A stretch of 64,000 nucleotides of DNA, taken from positions 62,001 through 126,000 of the forward strand of contig JAIVFI010000044.1 of assembly GCA_025558095.1 (NCBI GenBank). The letters run 5' to 3'. The translations under genes and the position numbers were made by a program. Positions 52,661 to 61,823 of the stretch are shown here, piece by piece. Below the pieces are notes generated by a model. The model had not been told where the DNA came from. It ran no database searches and saw only the letters and a list, made by a program, of their open reading frames with translations. Numbering within the stretch: position 1 is the first letter of the stretch; each line of letters starts with the position of its first letter. Origin of the DNA: Hyaloraphidium curvatum SAG 235-1 (lineage: Eukaryota > Fungi > Monoblepharomycota).

Positions 52661-53509
52661 TCAAGGCGCCAACCGGGACAGCACCCACGACCCTCCAGCA
52701 CCCTGCACCACCCTCTCCCCCGCCCATGCTCCCGCTACCGCCCTCTCGTACACGACCCGGTCCACGTCGTGCAGCTCCGGCGTGCTCCCGCCCTCCCAGA
52801 ACTCCCACCTGTCCGCCGAGACGGCGAAGCACCCCCAGAAATCCGGCGCCGTGCCCACCGGCCCCGTGTACGACGCGTCGGCGAGCACCTCCTCCCTGGT
52901 GACGCGCGACGACATCCTCGGTGCGCGGTGTTCGCGGAGCTTCTGCCCCTCCGACAGCCCGGCCCAGATCGACTCCCTTTCGGGCCCCGGCAGGAGCGCA
53001 GCCCGGCCGTGCACGACGATCTGGCGCGACCTGCCGGCCTCGGGCAGGGGCAGCTGCAGCACGAGGGCGCAGGCGGGGTTGGCGGCGAGCTGTCGCGCCT
53101 TTGGCGAGCCGAGGTTGGTGTGGAAGAGGAGCAGGCCGTCGCGCGAGTACGACTTGAGCGATACCGTCCGCGCTGCCGGCCGCGGCACGCCGTCCGACGC
53201 GTCGACGGTGGAGAGCACGGCGATCGGCTGCGGCGCGAAGGCGATCGGGGGGTGCGCGCCGCCGGCGGAAAGGAGGGCGGCCGAGGGCCGCGCCGGCGGG
53301 GGCTGGTTGAGCCACGCGAGCAGCAGCGCCAGCGGGTCGTCCGGCGCGTTCGACACGTCCAGCCGCGGGCGCGGCGCGGGCGAGGCGGGGGAGCGCGGCC
53401 GCGGGGAGGGCGCCCGTGCGCCGAGCTGGAGTACTGTGACTCCGTCGTCGTCGGACGACGACGACTCGTCGGAGGCGTACATCGCCGCTACGCTGCGACT
53501 TAGGGACAT
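52661..53509 (-). CDS. Divergent pyridoxamine 5'-phosphate oxidase (PdxH/PhzG)-like FMN-binding protein
   Basis: LSTVD..PAARTVSLK, FHTNLGSPKARQLAANP, RQIVVHG, FWG......WEFWEG...LHD, W..SRLAP*. Confidence 0.8.
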   Translation of the reverse strand: MSLSRSVAAMYASDESSSSDDDGVTVLQLGARAPSPRPRSPASPAPRPRLDVSNAPDDPLALLLAWLNQPPPARPSAALLSAGGAHPPIAFAPQPIAVLSTVDASDGVPRPAARTVSLKSYSRDGLLLFHTNLGSPKARQLAANPACALVLQLPLPEAGRSRQIVVHGRAALLPGPERESIWAGLSEGQKLREHRAPRMSSRVTREEVLADASYTGPVGTAPDFWGCFAVSADRWEFWEGGSTPELHDVDRVVYERAVAGAWAGERVVQGAGGSWVLSRLAP

Positions 53510-53653
53510 GTTGTTTTAGGTAGAGATGGGTGTCGAGGCGCGATGGCTCGAATGCGCGATGGACGTTGGCCGTCCGCGGAGGCGTGGGCTCCGCGCACTC
53601 GTTCTGCCTCCCGCGTCCCCCACGGCCTGCCGTTCCCACCTCTCCTTACTACG

Positions 53654-54772
53654 ATGGCCAAACCGCTGCGCGTAATCGTGACCGGAGGATCCGGAAAATT
53701 GGGGCGCTACGCCGTCGCGGCCCTCCTCGAGGCGCACTTCCAGGTCGTCCTCAACGCCGACCTGATCCCGCCGCCGCCAAACACGCCGTGGGCCAAGCAG
53801 GTGCCCTTCCTCCAGGTGGACCTCGAGGACTTTGGGCAGACCTACGAGGCCTTCAGCGGGGCCGACATCGGCATCGACAGGGGCGGCAGGAAGGTGGACT
53901 GCATCGTTCACCTGGCCGCCATCCCGGCGCCGGGCAAGCACACGCCGTCAAAGACCTTCCGCAACAACATCCTCTCCGGTGGGCTCCCGTCGAGCCGGCC
54001 GCCGCGTCGGCCGCCGTCCTCACCCTCGCCTCGGCACAGAATACAACGTGTTCGAGGCCGCCCGCAAGCTCGGCATCCGCTCCGTCGTCTGGGCCTCCTC
54101 CGAGACCGTCCTCGGCATCCCCTTCCTCGACCCCCCGCCGTACCTGCCCCTCGACGAGGAGTACGCTGGGCGCCCCGAGAGCTCGTACGCCTTGAGCAAG
54201 CACCTCGGCGAGAAGATGGCGGAGCAGTATGCGCGCTGGCAGGGCAAGGAAGGGGCGCGGATCGTCGGGCTCCGGTTCTCGAACGTGATGGATCCCGCGG
54301 CGGGGGACTACGCGGGGTTCGAGGCGTGGCAGGAGACGCCGGCGATGCGGTCGTGGAACTTCTGGGGATGTGGGTCGCACGCCCCCCGGTCCGCCTTTTC
54401 GGCCGCTCACCCCGCCCGACTACAGACATCGACGCCCGCGACGGCGCCCAGGCCGTCGTCAAGGCCGTCCTCGCCTCCCTACCCGGCTCGGACCTCCCCG
54501 CCGGCGCGCACGTCTTCGTGATCGCAAACGCCGACACGGTCATGCGCACGCCCAACAGGGCGTTGCTGGAGCGGCTGCCGGGGATCGAGAGGAGGGGGGA
54601 CACGGAGGGGAACAGGACGCTGCTGGGGATCGAGAAGGCGAAGAAGGTGGGTTGTCCGTGCGCGCGGGTGGGATCGTGAGGGGCTGACGGAGTTGCGATG
54701 CAGCTGCTCGGGTGGGCGCCGCGCCATTCCTGGCGGCCGTCGTGGAAGGTGGAGATGGACTCGAAGATGTAG
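53654..54772 (+). CDS. NAD-dependent epimerase/dehydratase (extended SDR), 4 exons
   Basis: VIVTGGSGKLG, VHLAAIP, WASSET, YALSK (YxxxK), LRFSNV, WGYIDARD. Confidence 0.9.
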
Positions 54773-54985
54773 ATGGCCCGTTGGAGGTGTTGCAGATCGA
54801 ACAATCATCATCGCTCCCATTTTGGCAAAGAGATCATCGACGTACGCGCAAAAGGACACCCGAGTGACCGAGCCGCACGCATCCTCCTCCACCTACTGCG
54901 CCGGCGATGCGCAGCTCAGCTTGTGCCCCGCCCCGCCTTGTGACTGCCGACTTCACCGCCACGCATTCGCCCGGCTTCGACCGCT

Positions 54986-56866
54986 TCACCGCAGGACGAT
55001 CGCCCACTCCAGCACCCCCACCGCGGCCCCCACGAAGATGGCCCACGCCGGGTTGATCCCGCCCCTCCCATCCCCGCCGTAGTCGCAGCACAGCACGAAG
55101 GTGATGACGGCCAGGCTCAGGAACACGGGGTAGCCCAGGATGCTGGTGCCCTTGTCGCGCCCGGTGATGGACTGCACCGAGATGACGTAGACGGCCTGGA
55201 ACATCAGGCCCGTGGAGGCGGCGTTGATGCCCGAGAAGATCCACTGCATGGCCGGGTACTCGCGGATCTTGGCGTACGAGGGGATGGTGATCGAGAACAT
55301 GAGCATTCCCGGCAAGAAAATGGAGACGAAGGCGAGCCAGCCCGTCAGGATCATCACCCCCGGCCCCGAGCTGCGGAACGCGAGCGCGCCGACGAACGCC
55401 GCTGCGTTGAACAGCGGGCCCGGCAGCGCGTTCTGCAGCGCCACGAGGAAGGTGAGCTCCGAGATGGTCGCGAAACCGTACTGCTCGACCGCGAAGGACG
55501 TCCAGAGGGGGAGCAGCGAGGCCCAGCCGCCAAAGACGATGACGCCGCAGACGACCATCATGCCGTACAGGTTCAGGAGGGGGTTTCTGACGGGGCCGAA
55601 CTGGCAGGTGAAGCCCGTGGCGAGCACGAGAACGTAGAGCACGGCCAGGGGGAGCATGTTGACTAGCGTGGGGGGAAAGTACGGCGCCAGGGGAGGCTGG
55701 TTCGGTTTGACGTGGTTTGAAAAGGTGATTGCCAGCGGGTCGGGCTCCATCCGCGCCCTCGGGGAGAGGCCGGAGCCGGCGGTCATGGCCGAGGCGGCGA
55801 TCGACGGCCTCCTGCGGAGCACGGCGGCCCCGGGCGCCGAGATCTGCTCGAGCCCGTCCGGGACCCAGTCGTCGACGACGGAGTCGGAGTCGGCGGCCGG
55901 TGCAAGGTCCGCGGCATCCGACCGCTTTCCCCTCGTCTGCAGCTCCACGTCGGCCCCAAGATCCTCCTCGACGACAACCGTCGGCGTCCTTTTCGCCGCC
56001 TTGCCGGGCATCCTGGCTCGAAGCCCGTGCTTGGCCTCGGTGAACCACGCCCAAAGCCCGCGCTCGTGCCCCCACTCATATACGAACCCCGCGGCTCCCG
56101 CCAGCGCCATGACCACGGGGAACTTCCACACCGGCTGCGCGACGATCACCACCACCAGCGTGATGGTGCACAGGGCGACGGCGAAGACCCTCCTGTTCCT
56201 GCTGTGCGCCACCACCGCCCTCTCCGAGGCCGACATGCCGGGGAGCACGCGCACTGGCGTGCCGTCCAGGAGGACGATTTTGGCCGTCAGCCGGAAGGCG
56301 GCCAAAGCGACGAGGCCGACAGCGGAGCCGACGGCGCCGTTCTTGATCCCGACCGCCCATCCGGGGAGCTCCGAGACGCCGCCCGACAAAGAGAGGCCGA
56401 TGGCCACGCCGATATAGACGAAGAGGCTGGGTGCGGTCCACACGAAGAAGGAGAGGATCGCGCAGAGCAAGCCGCCGCGGATCAGCGCGACCGCCCAAGA
56501 GAACCCGGCGTTCCCGGGGCCAGGCAGGGACGACGTGATGCCAAAAAGCTCGGCGTAGGTTCGCTCGGTAATGAAGTGGTTCTTCACGACGAAAATCGAG
56601 AAGTACTGCGAAACCGTCGCTTGCGGCCCGCCGAGGGTCGTGAAGCCCAGCGGGAGGTACGTCCAGAACGTCTCGGCCAGCCGCTCCCGCAGCGGGCGCT
56701 TAGTAAATTCCGGCTGGATCAGCGGCAGCGAGTCGGGCGGGTCGGCGGGGGCGGAGGGAGGGCGCCGAGGGCGGGAAGGGCGGTCCGGCGCCGGCGCGTC
56801 CCCGGGCGGCGGCGTGGCGCTGCCGGGGGCGACCTCGGTGCTCGAGCGCGCTTTTGCCGGCGACAT
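54986..56866 (-). CDS. Chromate ion transporter (CHR/ChrA family, two-domain), intronless
   Basis: LPLGFTTLGGPQA, YAELF...SLPGP, second domain VFGG..LLP...LQNALPGPLFN.AAFVG, IFLPG, GINAASTGL. Confidence 0.9.
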   Translation of the reverse strand: MSPAKARSSTEVAPGSATPPPGDAPAPDRPSRPRRPPSAPADPPDSLPLIQPEFTKRPLRERLAETFWTYLPLGFTTLGGPQATVSQYFSIFVVKNHFITERTYAELFGITSSLPGPGNAGFSWAVALIRGGLLCAILSFFVWTAPSLFVYIGVAIGLSLSGGVSELPGWAVGIKNGAVGSAVGLVALAAFRLTAKIVLLDGTPVRVLPGMSASERAVVAHSRNRRVFAVALCTITLVVVIVAQPVWKFPVVMALAGAAGFVYEWGHERGLWAWFTEAKHGLRARMPGKAAKRTPTVVVEEDLGADVELQTRGKRSDAADLAPAADSDSVVDDWVPDGLEQISAPGAAVLRRRPSIAASAMTAGSGLSPRARMEPDPLAITFSNHVKPNQPPLAPYFPPTLVNMLPLAVLYVLVLATGFTCQFGPVRNPLLNLYGMMVVCGVIVFGGWASLLPLWTSFAVEQYGFATISELTFLVALQNALPGPLFNAAAFVGALAFRSSGPGVMILTGWLAFVSIFLPGMLMFSITIPSYAKIREYPAMQWIFSGINAASTGLMFQAVYVISVQSITGRDKGTSILGYPVFLSLAVITFVLCCDYGGDGRGGINPAWAIFVGAAVGVLEWAIVLR

Positions 56867-57366
56867 TTCGGCGCACCGGTCGCCGGCGTGCTCAGGCCGG
56901 TGAAGTGGGCGGAGCTTTGTTTCTAGTGAGTGGGTGGCGCAGCCGGGGAAAACGGCGCGGCCCGAGGATCCTTGGGAGGCGCTCAATCAGATGGGCGACT
57001 GGGGTAATATTCCTCGAATCCAGTGCTGCAGAGGCATGCGCTGCGGCGATTCTCTTTCCTCCCAAGTCTCTGGCCCTGGTAAGTCTGGTACCGTTGCTCG
57101 CTACTTCTTCGGCTCGGTTGCTTTGTCACCTCCTCATCGAAAGGCTATTTGAGAAGCAAGACCCTCCATGTTTTGTGCCTCCTCCTCCATATCCCTTCTA
57201 AGAGTAAGTTCGGATGCCTAATCGCGTCCTTGGTGCATCGGGAGGGTCGGATGGGTGATGTAGCGCGCCGCTATTAGCCCACGCCTCGTTCTCTCTGTCG
57301 CTAACTCGGCATAACAGCCTCTATGCTCCGCCATCTTCACGTTCCTGATTGTGTCCGCAGGCTTTG

Positions 57367-57440
57367 CGGCCGCGCATACGTGGCACCGCCGGCCGCGCAT
57401 ACGTGGCACCCACGCTTACGTGGCACCCGCTTACGTGGCG
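57367..57440. promoter_or_regulatory. Homotypic cluster of four TACGTGGC motifs (bZIP/G-box-like)
   Basis: TACGTGGC at 57377, 57400, 57417 and 57432, in the divergent intergenic region between the CHR and acyltransferase genes. Confidence 0.6.
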
Positions 57441-58430
57441 TCCGCGAAAACTACCAAAGGCAGGGTAAATAGGCTCCCGCATCATCACCAAACGTCTCCT
57501 GCCCCGTGCGCTCACCAGCATAGAGCCATGAGGGCCGCAAGAAGCGCACGAAGAGCTTCCCGGTCGCGCTCTCGCTGTTGGGGGCGCTGTCCTGGTGGGA
57601 GCGCGAGCGCCGCCTGCGCCCTGCCCCCGTCGCCTTCTCACCGCGGCATTTCCCATCTTTCGGCAGTGCCGCTGCCGTCACGCGCAGAACAACGGCCGTG
57701 TTCTCGGCTCATTGAGAGAAGTAGGCTCGCAAAAAAGACGCGCCGGAACGACGCACCGACCTGACGGTTCAGCAGCCATCTTATCTTCATTTTGTCGCTT
57801 CTTTCTCTCTGTTACTCGGCTACAACGACTGACGGGCGACGAGCGCACGGGCGCTGCGCGGCGCCGACGGCCGGAGACCGCCGATCGAATCGAGCTGGAC
57901 TCCAAGTGCACTCTCTTGCACCCCTCGGCATTGCGCGCGACTGTGGAGTTCGGAGCTCAACCAAGCCTACCTGCATGTGCATTATCCTGCCCGCCCGCCC
58001 ATGGATCTCCACCGTTGCAATGTGGTGGAACAACGTGTGGGTGGAGCCTGCATGCGCCCTGCGATCGTGCCGGCCAACGTTCCCTTGCAGACTGATCTGG
58101 AGAATTCGTGGGCAGGAAGGGATATCGGGTAGCAAGTTGTTGAGGACAGTAGCCAGAGAACTAGTAGCGGCGTCGAACCTGCGGAGTGCGGGTTTCTGAT
58201 GTAGCCGCACTAATCTTCAGCTGCGGGGCCGCGTCGTCGACTCACAACAAGCTCGCTGCCATGGCCCGATGTTGCTAGCCGGAGGCGTCCTGCGCACCTC
58301 CCGTACTTCGCTCGGTTCCCTCGGCCTCGCTGGACTCGGCTCCCGCGGCTTCGCGTTTTCCCGCCCTTCGCGCCACAAGCGTCGGATTCCCGCCCGCGCC
58401 GCGTCGTCTGCGGCCGCGCCGCCGCCCGCG

Positions 58431-59687
58431 ATGCGCCGCCCGCTGAACGAGATCGAGTACATGAACTTCTGCATCCCGCAGCCGTACAACATGGTGCTCT
58501 GCGCGCGTCTTCGCGGAGCAGTTGGGGCGGCGGAGGTTCGCGACGCGCTGGACACAGCGCAGAGGAGGCACCCGCTGCTGCGCGCCAACGTCTCGCACGA
58601 CGAGCATGGATATCCGTGCTTTGATTCCGAGGGCATCGGCGAGATTCCGCTGCGGGTGGCCTCCCGGGTCCCGAACGACGAAGGCGCCGCGGACCGCGTC
58701 GCAGACGACGAGCTCGGCGCCGTGTTCCCTCTGCACCCTCCGCACCCGCTGCTCCGCGCCACGCTGCTGCTTCCCGAACCCCCCGACGCCACCGCCGACC
58801 TCGTGCTGTGCGCGCAGCACTACATCGCAGACGGCAGGTCGATGCTGCTCCTCCTGCGCGACCTGCTCGCATCCATGGCCGATCCCGCGCGCGATCCGGG
58901 CACCGAGGACGCGTCGGCCAGCGCGGAGGACCTGCTACCTCCCTCTGTGAGACGCTGGATGCCGACCTCGACCCTCCGGCTGCACGCCATGCGGTGGCTG
59001 CTCGCTCCCTTTGCCTGGTTCAACCCCTCCCCGCCGCCTGCAGCGGCCGGTCACGCGGTTCACCGCCGCTCATGGTCACTCTCCCCCGAGCGCACGGTGA
59101 AGCTGATCGCGCGGTGCAAAGCCGAGGGCGTCTCGGTCCAATCTGCCCTCTGCACCGCCTTCTCCCCCTCATATCGGACCATCAACACCCCCGTCGACCT
59201 GCGCACCCTCCTCGCACGCGACGTCGGCCAATCCGTCGGGCTGTACGTCGGCTCCGCCATCGTCACGCACGCTTACGACCCCCGGCTGGGTTTCTGGGCC
59301 AATGCGCGAGCGTACCATCCCCTCCTCCGCAAGGCTATGGCCAACCCGTTCCTGCCCTTCATGGCCATCACCCCCCGCGCCCCGCCGGAGCTCGTGCAGA
59401 AGGCAGGGGACGCCGCCGTGGCCGCGTTCGCGCGCGGGCGGCCGTTTGCTGTCACAAACCTCGGCTCGGCCGAGAGGCAAGGGATCGATCTCCGCTCCGG
59501 GCCCGTGAAGGTGGACGCGGTGAGCGGGGGCGTGACGCCGATTCTGGGGGCCGCAAGCGTGCTGGTGTACACGCTTGGGGGGGAGATGCGGTTCCACCTG
59601 GCGGCACCGACGGAGCTGAGGGAGGAGGAGGTGGCGGGGGAGGCAGAGAGGGCGATGAGGATGCTGGAGAGCGCGCTGGAGGAGTGA
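58431..59687 (+). CDS. Condensation-domain/PapA5-like (CoA-dependent) acyltransferase, intronless
   Basis: MRRPLNEIE, QRRHPLLRA, PLLRATLL, QHYIADGRS (HxxxDG), CKAEGVSVQSAL, PVDLR, VTNLG. Confidence 0.85.
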   Translation: MRRPLNEIEYMNFCIPQPYNMVLCARLRGAVGAAEVRDALDTAQRRHPLLRANVSHDEHGYPCFDSEGIGEIPLRVASRVPNDEGAADRVADDELGAVFPLHPPHPLLRATLLLPEPPDATADLVLCAQHYIADGRSMLLLLRDLLASMADPARDPGTEDASASAEDLLPPSVRRWMPTSTLRLHAMRWLLAPFAWFNPSPPPAAAGHAVHRRSWSLSPERTVKLIARCKAEGVSVQSALCTAFSPSYRTINTPVDLRTLLARDVGQSVGLYVGSAIVTHAYDPRLGFWANARAYHPLLRKAMANPFLPFMAITPRAPPELVQKAGDAAVAAFARGRPFAVTNLGSAERQGIDLRSGPVKVDAVSGGVTPILGAASVLVYTLGGEMRFHLAAPTELREEEVAGEAERAMRMLESALEE

Positions 59688-59689
59688 TG

Positions 59690-61705
59690 TGTTGGTGGGA
59701 TGTTGCCGGTGTTGCATATGGGCTGGACTTGCTTCTGTTCTTCTTTTGCAAGGATTCATGATTTCCCCATGGTTTTCCAGCCACTCTCTTATCCGTCTCC
59801 CACAAAGCTGCCCCGTCCGAATGCGCAGTCACGACACACAAGCGACGAAAACGATGCTTTCACTTCAAAAGGCAGTCACTTGAGCGCGATTTTGCAATTA
59901 GGGGGCTTTTGGCAGAACGAAATGTGGCAGTCACAAAACCAACCTGTTTGCCCCGCTGCTTTCAAACCCCTTCCGGCGTGCGTTTGAAAAATGAAGTGTG
60001 GCACCTGACTTGCATGATCCATGAATGCATGAAGAAGCATGCCTCTAGCTAGACTCATGGCCTGTAATCCATATCATTCACTTTGTTCGCTGTTTCCTGC
60101 AATTACAAGTGAAATAACTGCGCCAGCAACCTTCCTTGACTCCATCAACCTATCACATACAGCAGAGGGTACTCTGCAGAAGACAGATCCTGATTTTGCC
60201 CCCGTGAAAGCCGCATAAATTCGCGAAGTAATGGATTCTCAGGCCCTAATGACAAGGTCTGACTTCCAGCACCCTGATAAACTTGGTTGCGAAATTCAGG
60301 AGCATCTGTAGCGGCACAGATCATTCACTGATCAGGCAAGGGATTTAATAGAGGTGGTGGTGCTTGTTTAGGACACAGAAGCACGCTGCGCAGGCACCTC
60401 GAAAACCCAAAACCATGCCCCCCGCTTCCCCTTCACCAGGAGTGCCCAGAACCATTTCCCAGCAATTTCCCGGCTCAAAGGAGGTTTCCTTTCTCCTTTT
60501 CCTCGCCCTGCCAGACGGGAGCAGCCACCGAATACCGGTATTTCAATCTCCCCCTACAAATGGGAGTGCGTCCCCACGCGTCGCAAAATGTCCCCACTGC
60601 GAGCATATTGCCAGCCTGTGCGGCTATGATGGTAAGACCAATCCAGACACGCGTCTTTTATTCATACAAGTGCTATCTGCTGAACCACAACTTCCCCCTC
60701 CCCCGGAAATCTCATTTCTGGGTTCTACAGGGCAACTTGCCGCCAACATCAACAAGCACATTCGCTCCAAGCATGCAGGGATGGCCAGTGTGAAGAGCAG
60801 CCGCAAAGTTGGGCACAGAGTTGTGGGTTGTCGGCGGGGCCAGATACGGGGTGTGCCCCTAGCCTGCTCTGAGATCGGTATCTTACACCTCATTTTCTTG
60901 ACCTAGAATCCAAACAAGCCTGGTGTGCGCCCCAGAAAGCGCAGCAAAGGATCCTTCAAGGCCAAAGCAGCTGGGAATGGTGGGTTTTCGGACCTTATTG
61001 GTGCGGCTTTTCTTCGAGTCCTGCTAAAGTCATCAAATTGCCGGCAGCATCGGCCCCAATCACGCCAGAAAAGCTACCAGACGCGTCCCTTGGGCTGGCA
61101 GCAGAGCCTGGGTCGCAGGGGAGCGGGGAGAACCTCGAAATTGCTCTTGATGAAGGTGGCAAACAGGCAATCGGCCTGGAGCTTGCCAAGCTTCAGCCCC
61201 TGAAGGAGCCTTTGGAGCTCTTAAACACTTCTGTGCAGTCCTATGGGCTGCAATGCGTTGGCATCGTGGTGGAGGATCCGTCTTTTGACTCTGCAATGGA
61301 CGATAGTGGGATGTACATGCTTTTCCAGGATGTGATGGAGGAAAGTGGCTCTTGGTGGACTACGTGAGTTGGTAGATCTACATTCATTCAAACAATGTAT
61401 CGTTGTTTTCACTGGCATCTGTAACGCATCTTTGTATCAATGGGAAGTAAGTGATGGGAGAAGGTCAATCAAGTGCCCAGCACAAAGGAGGAGAGAAGAA
61501 GATGAATTTTGACCCTGAATTGGAGGAGAAGAGTCTTATTGGAAAGTTGAATGTCGGGGTTTGTCGATCTGATGCCCTGCTTGAGAGCAAGAGGTTCTGG
61601 AGGAGGATGCGGAGCCTGATGTCTGAAGTCTGGTTCGCACCCAATCCAACAAAATGAAGTGATTGATCCAGGCTTGCTGATAGTCTCCCCAGTTGGCAAA
61701 GTGTG
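59690..61705. mobile_element. Low-GC, CpG-depleted island; probable decayed DNA transposon-related sequence with a BED-like zinc finger
   Basis: Abrupt compositional shift relative to both flanks; removing intron 60632-60730 gives KCPHCEHIASLCGYDGQLAANINKHIRSKH. No TIRs found. Confidence 0.5.
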
Positions 61706-61823
61706 ATGACGCCGGTGAGCTGCACGGAAAGCGATGAGGGATCGCTCCTGGAGGGGGGCGGTGGGGCTGCTGGGAGCGGCCGTCTGACCTCGCGGGGCCT
61801 GCTCCCTCCCCTCTCCGACCAAC

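Noticed and set aside
57367-57440. CRISPR-like array
   Set aside because: Repeats and gaps are far too short, there are no unique spacers or cas genes, and the context is eukaryotic.
59690-61705. Intact transposon with terminal inverted repeats and target-site duplication
   Set aside because: No matching inverted termini or DDE catalytic domain found by eye; reported only as a relic.
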